A model generated the notes under the pieces. The model was not told the origin of the DNA. It saw only the letters and a program-made list of their open reading frames with translations, and ran no database searches. DNA of 64,000 nucleotides from Burkholderiales bacterium (lineage in GTDB: Bacteria > Pseudomonadota > Gammaproteobacteria > Burkholderiales > Gallionellaceae). The stretch is taken from NCBI GenBank assembly GCA_038205615.1, contig JBBRBS010000001.1:16174-80173 (forward strand), given 5' to 3'. The position numbers and the translations under genes are program-made. Numbering within the stretch: the first letter of the stretch is position 1; every line of letters begins with the position of its first letter. Positions 41,840-51,887 of this stretch are shown here, piece by piece.

Positions 41840-42766
41840 ATGACAACAGTACAACAATTAAATACGCAATTTGGCATCAACGGACAGCTGAGTTTTCGGG
41901 AGGATGCCAGCGGTCTGATTGTCGCCGAGATCGATAATGCAGATGGCATCGCTTCACTGTGTTTACAGGGCGCTCATCTGATGAGCTGGCGGCCAAAAAG
42001 CCAGACCGTGCCGGTGGTGTGGTTGTCAAGGGATGCGAAGCTGGCGGCGGGCAAGTCGATACGCGGCGGTGCGCCGGTGTGCTGGCCATGGTTCGGTGCT
42101 CATGCGACAGACGCCAGCTTTACCGGTCACGGTTTTGCGCGCACCGTGCCCTGGCGCGTGATTGAGTCGGGGAGTGAACCGAATGGAGCGACACGCCTGA
42201 CCTTGCGTCTGGTGCCTAATGAAAAGACGCGTATGCAGTGGACGGATGAGTGCAATCTGGATCTGACTGTGATCGTCGGCGAGACACTGCGCATGGAAAT
42301 GACCACCGAAAACAACGGGGCTAATGATCTTGAAATAGGTGAGGCCTTGCATACCTATTTTCAGATCGGCGAAATCGGGCAGGTTCGCGTGACCGGACTG
42401 GCAGGATGCGAATATTGGGACAAGGTTGGCGGCTCCAGCTTGCGCAAACAGGAAGGGGCAATCAGCTTCCCCGGCGAGACTGACCGGGTGTATATCAACA
42501 CCGCGGACGAATGTGTGATTCACGACGACAAGCTTAATCGCCGCATTTACATTACCAAGTCAGGCAGCATGTCCACCGTGGTGTGGACGCCGTGGATCGA
42601 GAAAGCCAACAAGATGGGCGACATGGGGCAGCCGGATGGCTGGCGCGAAATGGTCTGCGTGGAATCGGCGAATGCGATCGACAATGTCGTGAAGGTGGCA
42701 GCGGGCAGCCGTCACACCCTGATTGTCGAATACAGCGCTGTGTCTGCCGAAAGGAGAAAGAAATGA
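41840..42766 (+). CDS. D-hexose-6-phosphate mutarotase (aldose 1-epimerase family)
   Basis: IRGGAPVCWPWFG, HGFAR, ALHTYF, MVCVE. Confidence 0.92.
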   Translation: MTTVQQLNTQFGINGQLSFREDASGLIVAEIDNADGIASLCLQGAHLMSWRPKSQTVPVVWLSRDAKLAAGKSIRGGAPVCWPWFGAHATDASFTGHGFARTVPWRVIESGSEPNGATRLTLRLVPNEKTRMQWTDECNLDLTVIVGETLRMEMTTENNGANDLEIGEALHTYFQIGEIGQVRVTGLAGCEYWDKVGGSSLRKQEGAISFPGETDRVYINTADECVIHDDKLNRRIYITKSGSMSTVVWTPWIEKANKMGDMGQPDGWREMVCVESANAIDNVVKVAAGSRHTLIVEYSAVSAERRKK

Positions 42767-43344
42767 AAATGCGTAATTTATTGATGATGTTGGCCGCGTT
42801 ATACGCCGGTCAGGCGGTCGCTGTCGACGCGTCCGCTGCTGCGGGAAAAGCCGTGCCGGCCGCCCAGCACAAGGTGCACGTGCATAAGAAGGATTGTGTG
42901 GAAAAAGAGGGTAAGCCTTGTCATTTGCACAAACAGCCCAGCTCGGCGACAAGCAAAGAAGCCAAGCCTGCTGCGCAGGCTCCGTTGGAGAGCATTAAAT
43001 CGAGCGTACCGGTCGTGGCACCCGTCGCAGCACCTGCAGCGGCTGCCGCTGCCGCCAAACCGGAGGTAAAGAGCGAAGCTGCCGTATCAGCAGTCGATGC
43101 GCTCGCGCTGGCGAAAAAGCAAGGCTGCATGGTCTGTCATGCGATTGACAAAAAAATCGTCGGTCCGGGCTGGCGCGATGTGGCGGCCAAATATCGTGGC
43201 GATGCAACTGCCGAGGCTCGCCTAGTGAATAAGATCGCCAAGGGCGGTGGTGGTGCGTGGGGCAGCATGCCTATGCCGGCTCATCCTCAAATCAGCGAGG
43301 CGGATCGCAGTACGCTGGCCCGGTTTGTGTTGAATTTGCAATGA
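42763..43344 (+). CDS. Class I cytochrome c with N-terminal His/Cys-rich segment and Ala/Pro linker
   Basis: Signal peptide, HKVHVHKKDCVEKEGKPCHLHK, linker, CMVCH, WGSMPMP; ATGA overlap with upstream gene. Confidence 0.9.
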   Translation: MKMRNLLMMLAALYAGQAVAVDASAAAGKAVPAAQHKVHVHKKDCVEKEGKPCHLHKQPSSATSKEAKPAAQAPLESIKSSVPVVAPVAAPAAAAAAAKPEVKSEAAVSAVDALALAKKQGCMVCHAIDKKIVGPGWRDVAAKYRGDATAEARLVNKIAKGGGGAWGSMPMPAHPQISEADRSTLARFVLNLQ

Positions 43345-43492
43345 GCTGTCAACCAGAGTGGAATTGCCTGCGTTAATGCACTACGGTCAGAAAAGTAGGT
43401 AGGCAAACTGAGCGGAGTTGTTTAGAATCGATAGCGGAGGCGATGCCTTCACATTCTTTAGGTTTTTTGATTATCAATCAGGGAGAGAACAT

Positions 43493-43810
43493 ATGAAATC
43501 TATTATCGCAAGTATCGCAGTAGCAGCAGGTTTGATGGTCGCAGGTTCTGCAATGGCTGTTGATATGCCGGCAAATGGCAAAGCAAAGTGCGGCGCATGC
43601 CACGCAATTGATCACAAGGTGGTTGGACCGGCTTGGAACGATGTTGCCAAGAAGTACGCTGGCGACAAGGATGCTGAAAGCAAGATCGCAGCAAACGTCA
43701 CCAAGGGCGGTTCTTTTGGCTGGAAGTTCGGCAGCATGCCTCCTAAGGGCATGGGCGCATCAGATGCAGACATCAAAGAACTGGCTCATTTCATCGCTGG
43801 TTTGAAGTAA
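43493..43810 (+). CDS. Class I cytochrome c (c551/c552), paralogue of 13240-13554
   Basis: GGAGAG SD, signal peptide, CGACH, MPPKGMGA shared with paralogue. Confidence 0.93.
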   Translation: MKSIIASIAVAAGLMVAGSAMAVDMPANGKAKCGACHAIDHKVVGPAWNDVAKKYAGDKDAESKIAANVTKGGSFGWKFGSMPPKGMGASDADIKELAHFIAGLK

Positions 43811-43823
43811 TCTTCTAGCATTG

Positions 43824-43857
43824 AAGCGAAGCCGATTTTTTAGTCGGCTTCGCTTTT
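43824..43857 (+). terminator. Intrinsic terminator
   Basis: AAGCGAAGCCGA..TCGGCTTCGCTTTT. Confidence 0.8.
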
Positions 43858-43890
43858 ACGTTGGCCGAGTTTTGTAAAACCGGGAATGTC

Positions 43891-44268
43891 ATGAAAAAAA
43901 GCTACGTTTTGATGTTGTGTCTGTTTGCGTTGGCAGCTTGCAACAAGACTGAAGAAGCACACACAGTTACACCCCCAATTTCTGTTTTGACTGGCAGTGA
44001 GTCGGATAAAAATATGCCCATGGTTGCCAGGGAGAATAATTGCACCGCTTGTCACGCGATTGACAAGAAGCTGGTTGGCCCGTCTTGGATGGATGTCTCA
44101 AAGAAGTACAAAGGCGACCCGAGCGCCGAAGCACGGCTGATTGCCAAGGTTTCCAAGGGGGGGGCCGGCGTATGGGGTACCATGCCGATGCCCGCTAATG
44201 ATGCTTCCGGCAAGAAACAGGATCAAATGAAGCAACTGGTACGCTTTATTTTAGGCCTGGCCAAGTAA
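43891..44268 (+). CDS. Lipoprotein class I cytochrome c
   Basis: LAAC lipobox, CTACH, WGTMPMP. Confidence 0.9.
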   Translation: MKKSYVLMLCLFALAACNKTEEAHTVTPPISVLTGSESDKNMPMVARENNCTACHAIDKKLVGPSWMDVSKKYKGDPSAEARLIAKVSKGGAGVWGTMPMPANDASGKKQDQMKQLVRFILGLAK

Positions 44269-44326
44269 TTAGTTAGGATTAAATCCTGAGAAAGTCGGTG
44301 CAAGCCGGCTTTTTTTTGTCCTCAAA

Positions 44327-44356
44327 TTGACAAGCAGTACAGCGGATACGCATAAT
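44327..44356 (+). promoter_or_regulatory. Putative sigma70 promoter of liv operon
   Basis: TTGACA-18 nt-CATAAT after a terminator hairpin at ~44291-44317. Confidence 0.55.
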
Positions 44357-44412
44357 CCGCAGCTTACTCGTAAGTCGCCATCCGCTATCAGCTTTAAATT
44401 CCGGGAATTGAA

Positions 44413-45573
44413 ATGTCATTTCGTACTGTTCAAACTGTATTTCTCGCGGCACTGGTGCTGGCCGCATGCGGCAAGTCTGCTTCAGATCAGGCTACTGCCT
44501 CTGGTGATTTAGTGGTTCGCATCGGTGCGGCAGCGCCTCTGACCGGGCCGCAGGCGCATCTTGGCAAAGACAACGAAAACGGCACGCGTATGGCGATCGA
44601 TGATGCCAACGCAAAAGGCATCGTGATCGGCGGGCGCAAGATCCATTTCGAGCTGATCAGCGAAGACGATCAGGCCGACCCGAAGACGGCAACCATCGTC
44701 GCGCAAAAGCTGGTGGACAATAAAGTCAGCGGCGTGATCGGCCATCTCAATTCCGGCACCACGATTCCTGCCGCAAAAATATACAGCGATAACGATATTC
44801 CGCAGATTTCACCTTCGGCCACGGCGGTCGCTTACACACATCAGGGATTCAAAACAGCATTTCGCGTGATGGCGAATGATGCGCAGCAAGGTCACGCGCT
44901 GGGAGAGTATGCGGTGAAAAATCTGCATGCCAAAAGACTCGCCATCATCGATGACCGCACCGCCTATGGGCAGGGTCTGGCCGATGAATTTATCAAGGCG
45001 GCCAGGGCGGCCGGCGGAGAAATCGTCTCACACGAATACACCAGCGACAAGTCGGTGGATTTTACGGCTGTGTTGACTGCGGTGAAGGGTAAACAGCCAG
45101 ATCTGCTGTTTTATGGCGGGATGGACGCGCAGGGCGGTCCGATGGCGCGGCAGATCAAGGCGCTCGCACTGAACGTGAAACTGATGATGGGCGATGGTGG
45201 CTATACACCCGAATTTATCAAGCTGGCAGGCAATGCTGCGGAAGGTGTTTACGCCTCTTTGCCTGGCGTGCCATTGGACAAAATGCCCGGCGGTCATGCA
45301 TTCGCTGAGCGTTTCGTCGCCAAATATCAACCTATCCAGCTGTATGCGCCTTACTGCTATGACGCCGTGAATGTGATGATTGCAGCGATGCAAAAAGCCG
45401 ATTCAGTTGAGCCGGCTAAATATATGCCTGCCCTTGCCGGTATTGCTCATCAGGGGATTACGGCACGCATCCAGTTCGATGATAAAGGTGACCTTACGGG
45501 CGGCGCGGTGACGCTGTATCAGGTTGTGCAAGGCAAATGGCAGGCGCTGGAAACGGTGGGCGCTGCGCAATGA
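44413..45573 (+). CDS. livK: Branched-chain amino acid ABC transporter substrate-binding lipoprotein
   Basis: LAAC lipobox, PLTG, EDDQADP, GHLNSG, DDRTAYGQGLA. Confidence 0.9.
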   Translation: MSFRTVQTVFLAALVLAACGKSASDQATASGDLVVRIGAAAPLTGPQAHLGKDNENGTRMAIDDANAKGIVIGGRKIHFELISEDDQADPKTATIVAQKLVDNKVSGVIGHLNSGTTIPAAKIYSDNDIPQISPSATAVAYTHQGFKTAFRVMANDAQQGHALGEYAVKNLHAKRLAIIDDRTAYGQGLADEFIKAARAAGGEIVSHEYTSDKSVDFTAVLTAVKGKQPDLLFYGGMDAQGGPMARQIKALALNVKLMMGDGGYTPEFIKLAGNAAEGVYASLPGVPLDKMPGGHAFAERFVAKYQPIQLYAPYCYDAVNVMIAAMQKADSVEPAKYMPALAGIAHQGITARIQFDDKGDLTGGAVTLYQVVQGKWQALETVGAAQ

Positions 45574-45615
45574 CGTTGAAAATTTTAAAGTTGACGGATT
45601 GAGCCGCCCCGATAC

Positions 45616-46539
45616 ATGGAAATATTCATACAACAAGTCATCAACGGGCTGGTGCAAGGCAGCATATACGCACTGGTAGCCCTGGGCTACACGATGGTGT
45701 ACGGCATACTCGGCCTGATCAACTTTGCGCACGGCGAAGTGGTGATGGTCGGCGCGATGCTCGCCCTGTCGGCACTGACCGGACTGATCGCCTGGGGTGT
45801 TTCCCCGCTGCTGGCGCTGCCGCTAAGCCTGTTGCTGGCGATGGCAGGCTGCATGTTGCTGGGCTACGGCATCGAACGCATTGCTTACCGTCCGCTGCGT
45901 CATGCGCCGCGCCTGGCGCCATTGATCACGGCAATCGGTGTGTCAATCGTGCTGCAAAATCTGGCGATGATGATCTGGGGTCGTGAATATCACGCCTTTC
46001 CACAATTGATCATCAGTCAACCGCATAGCCTGGGCGGCGCGATCATCAATGACATTCAGATCATCATCGTGATCATGGCGCTGGGTATCATGGCAGGCTT
46101 AATGGTGCTGGTGCACCGCACCCGTCTGGGACGTTCGATGCGCGCCGTCGCCGAAAATCAGCATGCCGCACAACTGATGGGAGTGGACGTCAATCGCGTA
46201 ATCTCAATCACCTTCATGCTGGGCTCCGCACTGGCTGCGATCGCAGGCTTGATGGTTAGTGCCAATTATGGCTTGGCGCATTACTACATGGGTTTTTTGT
46301 TAGGGCTTAAAGCCTTCACCGCCGCTGTGCTGGGCGGTATCGGAAACCTGCGCGGCGCGATGCTGGGCGGTTTGTTGCTTGGGCTGATCGAAAGCCTAGG
46401 TGCGGGTTATATTGGTGATCTGACGGGCGGTTTTCTTGGCAGTCAATATCAGGACGTGTTTGCCTTCTTCGTACTGATCGCAGTCCTCGTGTTCAGACCT
46501 TCAGGCTTGCTCGGTGAACGTCTGGCGGAGCGCGCATGA
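45616..46539 (+). CDS. livH: Branched-chain amino acid ABC transporter permease
   Basis: YALVALGYTMVYG..NFAHG, KAFTAAVLGGIG. Confidence 0.93.
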   Translation: MEIFIQQVINGLVQGSIYALVALGYTMVYGILGLINFAHGEVVMVGAMLALSALTGLIAWGVSPLLALPLSLLLAMAGCMLLGYGIERIAYRPLRHAPRLAPLITAIGVSIVLQNLAMMIWGREYHAFPQLIISQPHSLGGAIINDIQIIIVIMALGIMAGLMVLVHRTRLGRSMRAVAENQHAAQLMGVDVNRVISITFMLGSALAAIAGLMVSANYGLAHYYMGFLLGLKAFTAAVLGGIGNLRGAMLGGLLLGLIESLGAGYIGDLTGGFLGSQYQDVFAFFVLIAVLVFRPSGLLGERLAERA

Positions 46540-47636
46540 GACAAATTAAATTAACACGGCACAGCATCGTGATCTGCCTGCTGAGCGTCGCCATGCTGCT
46601 GTTGCCGTTTGCAACGGACGCGCTGCTCGGACGCGGCTGGGTGCGCATCGTGGATTTTGCGATGCTTTATATCATGCTGGCCTTGGGATTGAACATCGTG
46701 GTGGGCTACGCGGGGTTGCTGGATCTGGGTTATATCGCTTTTTTCGCGGTGGGCGCGTATTGTTATGCTTTGACCGGATCGCCGCATCTGGCGAGCGCCT
46801 TCCCGTTGCTGTTCCCCGATGGGCTGCATCTGTCGTTCTGGATTGTATTGCCGCTGGCAGCAATGCTGGCAGGCGGCTTCGGCGTGCTGCTGGGTTTCCC
46901 GACCCTGCGTCTGCGAGGCGACTATCTTGCCATCGTCACGTTAGGCTTCGGCGAAATCATCCGCATCTTCATGAATAATCTGAACGCGCCGGTCAATCTG
47001 ACTAATGGACCGCAAGGTATCAGCCGGATCGATCCTATTAGCGTCGCGGGTGTGTCGCTCAACGCCACGCAGAATATTTTCGGGGTTGTGCTGCCTTCGG
47101 TGCATCTTTATTTTTACTTGTTCTTAAGTTTTACCGCGCTGGTGGTGTTCGTCTCGCACCGACTGGAAAAGTCGCGCATCGGCCGGGCCTGGATGGCGAT
47201 ACGCGAAGACGAAATTGCCGCATCCTCGATGGGTATCAACACGCGCAATTTAAAGCTGCTGGCCTTCGCGATGGGCGCTGCGTTTGGCGGCGTATCCGGT
47301 ACGCTGTTTGCCGGTTTTCAGGGATTCGTCAGTCCGGAGAGCTTCAGTCTGATGGAATCCATCATGGTGCTGTGTATGGTGGTGTTAGGCGGCATGGGCA
47401 ATATTTACGGGGTGATCCTGGGCGGATTGCTGCTGGCCTTGTTGCCCGAAGTGCTGCGCCACAGCGTCGTTCCATTGCAGCAGGCGATGTTCGGAAAGGC
47501 CCTCATCGATCCTGAAAGCCTGCGCATGCTGCTGTTCGGTAGTGCGCTGATCGCGGTGATGCTGTACCGTCCGGCAGGCTTGTGGCCTTCCCGCGTGCGT
47601 CGCCGCGAGCTGGAATCCGATGAGGTCGCGTTGTGA
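46536..47636 (+). CDS. livM: Branched-chain amino acid ABC transporter permease
   Basis: LGLNIVVGYAGLLDLG, LRGDYLAIVTLGFGEI, AIREDE. Confidence 0.93.
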   Translation: MRQIKLTRHSIVICLLSVAMLLLPFATDALLGRGWVRIVDFAMLYIMLALGLNIVVGYAGLLDLGYIAFFAVGAYCYALTGSPHLASAFPLLFPDGLHLSFWIVLPLAAMLAGGFGVLLGFPTLRLRGDYLAIVTLGFGEIIRIFMNNLNAPVNLTNGPQGISRIDPISVAGVSLNATQNIFGVVLPSVHLYFYLFLSFTALVVFVSHRLEKSRIGRAWMAIREDEIAASSMGINTRNLKLLAFAMGAAFGGVSGTLFAGFQGFVSPESFSLMESIMVLCMVVLGGMGNIYGVILGGLLLALLPEVLRHSVVPLQQAMFGKALIDPESLRMLLFGSALIAVMLYRPAGLWPSRVRRRELESDEVAL

Positions 47637-48421
47637 GTGTCGAACGTGGAAATAATGCTGCCCTGCTGCAACTCTCAGGCATAGGTAAGCAGTTCGGCGG
47701 CTTGCGCGCACTAACCGATGTGTCCTTGCACATCGGGCGCGGCGAGATTTACGGCCTGATCGGACCTAACGGCGCCGGCAAGACCACCCTGTTCAACGTG
47801 GTTACCGGTTTGTATCAATCTGATGCCGGTGAATTCAGCTTTAACGGTCACCGCTATCAAAAGTCTCAGCCGCATCTGCTGGCGCAAGCGGGGATTGCGC
47901 GCACCTTTCAGAACATCCGCCTGTTCGCCAATCTCACCGCGCTGGAAAACGTGTTGATCGGTCGGCATGTTCGCACCAAAGCCGGCGTGCTGGGCGCATT
48001 GCTGCGCAACAAGGCCACGCGTTGCGAGGAACGTGCGTCGGCTGAGCGGGCGCGCGCACTGCTACGCTACGTCGGCATTACGAAGCCCGCACAGACGCTG
48101 GCCAAAAATCTCTCCTACGGCGAGCAGCGACGTCTGGAGATTGCACGCGCCCTGGCGACCGAGCCGCTGCTGCTGGCGCTGGACGAGCCTGCCGCCGGCA
48201 TGAATTCCACCGAAACAGAGAGCCTGAAAACACTGTTGCAGGACATCCGTGCAACCGGCATCACCGTGATGCTAATCGAACATGATGTGAAACTGATCAT
48301 GGGGTTGTGCGATCGCGTGGCGGTACTCGATTATGGCCGTGTAATCGCTGAAGGGGCGCCGGATGAAGTACGTAAAAATCCCGCCGTGATCGCGGCCTAT
48401 CTGGGGGCTGATGATGAGTAA
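47633..48421 (+). CDS. livG: Branched-chain amino acid ABC transporter ATPase
   Basis: [38 protein letters not shown]. Confidence 0.93.
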   Translation: MSVERGNNAALLQLSGIGKQFGGLRALTDVSLHIGRGEIYGLIGPNGAGKTTLFNVVTGLYQSDAGEFSFNGHRYQKSQPHLLAQAGIARTFQNIRLFANLTALENVLIGRHVRTKAGVLGALLRNKATRCEERASAERARALLRYVGITKPAQTLAKNLSYGEQRRLEIARALATEPLLLALDEPAAGMNSTETESLKTLLQDIRATGITVMLIEHDVKLIMGLCDRVAVLDYGRVIAEGAPDEVRKNPAVIAAYLGADDE

Positions 48422-49130
48422 ACCTTTGCTCGAAGTGCGCGGTCTGCAGGTAGGCTACGGTGGTATACACGCGGTAAAAGGAATTGATCTTTCCATCGCG
48501 CCCGGTGAGCTGGTTGCGCTGATCGGCAGTAACGGTGCCGGCAAGACCACCACGCTCAAATCGCTGGCAGGGCTGCTCGCACCGACTGCCGGCCAACTCA
48601 TTTACGACGGCAAAAGTCTGAACGATATTGCGGCGCACCAGCGCGTGGCGATGGGTATCGCATTAGTTCCTGAAGGACGCGGCGTGTTCGCGCGTCTGTC
48701 TGTTGCGGAAAACTTGTTGATGGGTGCGTACACGCGATGCGACCAGGCCGACATTAACGATGATCTGGCGCGCATGTATGCCTTGTTTCCGCGTCTGGTT
48801 GAACGCCGTGATCAACTGGCAGGCACGCTGTCCGGCGGCGAGCAGCAAATGCTTGCGATGGCGCGCGCCCTGATGAGCCGTCCGCGCCTGTTGATGCTCG
48901 ATGAACCCAGTATGGGGCTGGCACCATTGATGGTGAAGAAGATTTTCGAAACCATCAGTGAGGTGGCAGCACAGGGTATGAGCATCCTGCTGGTCGAACA
49001 GAACGCCAGGCTCGCCCTGCAGGTCGCCTCTCGCGGTTACGTGATGGAGAGCGGTGCGATTACGTTGTCGGGAAATTCCGGCGATCTGCTCGGCAGTGAT
49101 GCTGTACAGCGCGCCTATCTGGGCGGTTGA
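48414..49130 (+). CDS. livF: Branched-chain amino acid ABC transporter ATPase
   Basis: GSNGAGKTT, VPEGR, LSGGEQQMLA, LDEPSMGLAP, VEQNA. Confidence 0.93.
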   Translation: MSKPLLEVRGLQVGYGGIHAVKGIDLSIAPGELVALIGSNGAGKTTTLKSLAGLLAPTAGQLIYDGKSLNDIAAHQRVAMGIALVPEGRGVFARLSVAENLLMGAYTRCDQADINDDLARMYALFPRLVERRDQLAGTLSGGEQQMLAMARALMSRPRLLMLDEPSMGLAPLMVKKIFETISEVAAQGMSILLVEQNARLALQVASRGYVMESGAITLSGNSGDLLGSDAVQRAYLGG

Positions 49131-49136
49131 ACTGTT

Positions 49137-51755
49137 TTATTTGAGCATTGCTTCGAACTGCTCAATGGGGATCGGCCTGCTGAACAGATATCCCTGATTG
49201 TGCGTGCAATTTTTATCCAGCAGCAGTCGCAGTTGTTCTTCAGTCTCCACCCCTTCGGCAATGACATTCAACCCTAAGCTATGTGCCATCGAAATGATTG
49301 TCCGCACGATGGCCTTGTCGCTGCTGTCGGTGGTAAGGTCGATGATGAATGACTGGTCGATCTTGAGCTGATCGAGCGGCAGGCGTTTGAGATACTGCAA
49401 GGAAGAGTAGCCGGTGCCGAAGTCGTCCAGTGAGAACTGGACCCCGAATTCTTTCAAGGTGTTCATCGTCACAATGGTATCTTCGATGTTCTCCAGCAAC
49501 AGGCTTTCGGTCAGTTCAAGTTTGAGCAGTGTCGGGTCGATCCCTTGCTGTTGCACGACCGCTTGCACCTGAGCCACAAAATCGGCTTGGCGGAATTGCC
49601 TGGCGCTGACATTCACGGCCAGCACTAAATTACGTGTCTGCGCATTTAGCTGCCATGACTTGAGCTGGGCACAAGCCGTTTCCAGTACCCATTTTCCGAT
49701 GGGCAGGATGATCCCTGTTTCTTCAGCCAGCGGAATGAATTCTGCCGGTGACACCATGCCATGTTCGGGATGTATCCAGCGGATCAGCGCTTCCGCACCC
49801 ACCGGACGGCGGGAGCTGTCCATTTGAACCTGGTAATACAACTGGAATTGCTGATGCTCAAGTGCTTTGCGCAATTGGTCTTCGAGCGCCACGCGCAAAT
49901 TGATGTTGTCCTGCATCTTCGGATCGAAGAATCGTAAGGTGTTGCGACCGGCCTTCTTGGATTGATACATGGCGATGTCCGCCTGCTTCATCAATTCATC
50001 CATCGACTTTTGGTGACCCTTGAACAGCGTGGCGCCGATACTGGCGGAATTTCGATATTCATGCGTGCCAAGCTGATAGGGCAGGTTGAGTGCGGCCAGA
50101 ATCTTCTCGCCGACAGTCTCTGTCTGCGCTGCGGTATTCTGTGTCTGCGCGTTCATGTCCTCCAGCATGACGACGAATTCGTCTCCGCCCAGTCGCGCAA
50201 CGGTATCGCCTTCGCGCACACAGGCCGTCAGGCGATGTGCTGCCTTTTGCAGCAGTAAATCACCGATGTCATGACCCAGCGTGTCGTTCAGGGTCTTGAA
50301 ATTATCAAGGTCTATGAACAGCAGTGCACCTTGCCTGTCATTGCGCGCGCTGGATGCCAATGCCTGATTGAGCCTGTCCATCAGCAGTCGCCGGTTGGGC
50401 AGGCCGGTCAGCGGGTCGAAGAAGGCCAGATTGTTAATTTCATCGGCGGCGGCCCGGCTCGCAGTGATGTCATTAAAGGTGGATACGTAATTGGTAATGA
50501 TGCCGTGCGTGTTCTTCACAGCAGTGATGGCGAGATACTCCGGGTAAATTTCGCCATTTTTTCGCCGGTTCCAGATTTCGCCCTCCCAGGTGCCCGTGCT
50601 GAGGATGCGTTCCCACATTGCTGCGTAAAAATCTGCCGTCTGACGACCGGAGCTGAGCAGGTTAGGATTGCGGCCGATAATCTCTTCTGCGGTGTAGCCG
50701 GTGATTCGGGTGAACGCGCTGTTTACCCGAAGAATGGCACCGTGGGCATCGGTGATTAACATTCCTTCCTGAGATTCAAAAGCGATTGCCGCAATGCGCA
50801 GCTCGTCATCGGATTGACGCCGCGCGGAGATATCCTCAACGCTGGCAATGCCGCCTGTGATGCTTCCGTCGCCGCTCAGTGAGGGAGCCGTGGTCATGGC
50901 TATCCATCCGCAGGCGTCGCTGCTGGTCGCGCTATAGTGACCTTCGTAATAGCCCGTTTCGCCTTTTATGGCGAGTTCCAGAGCGGGCAGCACGGACTGA
51001 TCCTTGAGCAGTTTCATATCCAGCCCGATGATGCGTTCAACCTGGCTGTGCAGAATGTCGGCGAAGCGCTCGTTGCAGTACGTAATGACGAAGTTGCTGT
51101 CATAGTGAAAAATGCCAACGGGAGAATGGCTCAGTAATAACCGGTAGCGTTCCTCGCTTGAGCGTACTGTTTCTTCACGCGATGCGGCTTCGAGATGCAG
51201 CGCGATGTTTTCAGATATATTCGCATTGATATGACGCAGGCTGATGATCATGAAGCCCAGATACAAGATGGCCGCCATGGACATCGCGACAGACAGGCTG
51301 TCACCGGTCATATACAGGTGAAACGCAAGCGGCAGGAGCAAGGAGGCCGAGTAGGCGACGGCGCTGAAAAGATCGGCCGAATAGGAAATCACGCCGCCGG
51401 CAGTCATGCCTGTCAGCATGAAAATCAGGAACATCTGATATTGCGGTTGATCCGGAAACAGCAGGAAACCGCTTGAACCCCACGCCAGGCCGGAAGCGAG
51501 CACGCCGATGCGAAATTTCAACAGCCATGTGTTGAAATTAGAGTGGTCGGAGGTCCGTTGATAAGCCCTCACAAGCGCCGCCCGTGCAAGCGTGATCAAC
51601 GCAATCAGGGAAAACCAGCCAAGAACTACCGTTGGTGCAATCGCATCGCGCTGTATGAAGGCCAGTATTGCAGCGAGTATCAGGCCGGTAATCAGCGACG
51701 TAGTGCTTGCTGCATACATCTGTTGCGTCTGCAGAGCTGCGGTTTTGTTGTTCAA
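49137..51755 (-). CDS. Membrane-bound PAS-PAS-GGDEF-EAL c-di-GMP enzyme
   Basis: About five TM helices, two PAS, intact GGDEF, EAL, DDFGTGYSS, AEGVE. Confidence 0.93.
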   Translation of the reverse strand: MNNKTAALQTQQMYAASTTSLITGLILAAILAFIQRDAIAPTVVLGWFSLIALITLARAALVRAYQRTSDHSNFNTWLLKFRIGVLASGLAWGSSGFLLFPDQPQYQMFLIFMLTGMTAGGVISYSADLFSAVAYSASLLLPLAFHLYMTGDSLSVAMSMAAILYLGFMIISLRHINANISENIALHLEAASREETVRSSEERYRLLLSHSPVGIFHYDSNFVITYCNERFADILHSQVERIIGLDMKLLKDQSVLPALELAIKGETGYYEGHYSATSSDACGWIAMTTAPSLSGDGSITGGIASVEDISARRQSDDELRIAAIAFESQEGMLITDAHGAILRVNSAFTRITGYTAEEIIGRNPNLLSSGRQTADFYAAMWERILSTGTWEGEIWNRRKNGEIYPEYLAITAVKNTHGIITNYVSTFNDITASRAAADEINNLAFFDPLTGLPNRRLLMDRLNQALASSARNDRQGALLFIDLDNFKTLNDTLGHDIGDLLLQKAAHRLTACVREGDTVARLGGDEFVVMLEDMNAQTQNTAAQTETVGEKILAALNLPYQLGTHEYRNSASIGATLFKGHQKSMDELMKQADIAMYQSKKAGRNTLRFFDPKMQDNINLRVALEDQLRKALEHQQFQLYYQVQMDSSRRPVGAEALIRWIHPEHGMVSPAEFIPLAEETGIILPIGKWVLETACAQLKSWQLNAQTRNLVLAVNVSARQFRQADFVAQVQAVVQQQGIDPTLLKLELTESLLLENIEDTIVTMNTLKEFGVQFSLDDFGTGYSSLQYLKRLPLDQLKIDQSFIIDLTTDSSDKAIVRTIISMAHSLGLNVIAEGVETEEQLRLLLDKNCTHNQGYLFSRPIPIEQFEAMLK

Positions 51756-51887
51756 GGTATTCCTGGTTATAGATTAGTGCAGCTCTAAGCGCATCTGCGC
51801 AGCCCGGATCAGGGCGGTTGCTAGTTCACGATTATATTGAATATCGCGTTCTTACATACGCTTTTTAACCTTAAATATTTCAGGTGT

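Noticed and set aside
43891-44268. MtoD assignment (ARENNCxxCH resemblance)
   Set aside because: Has a Met distal-ligand motif (MPMP) and a lipobox; no mtoA/mtoB in the window
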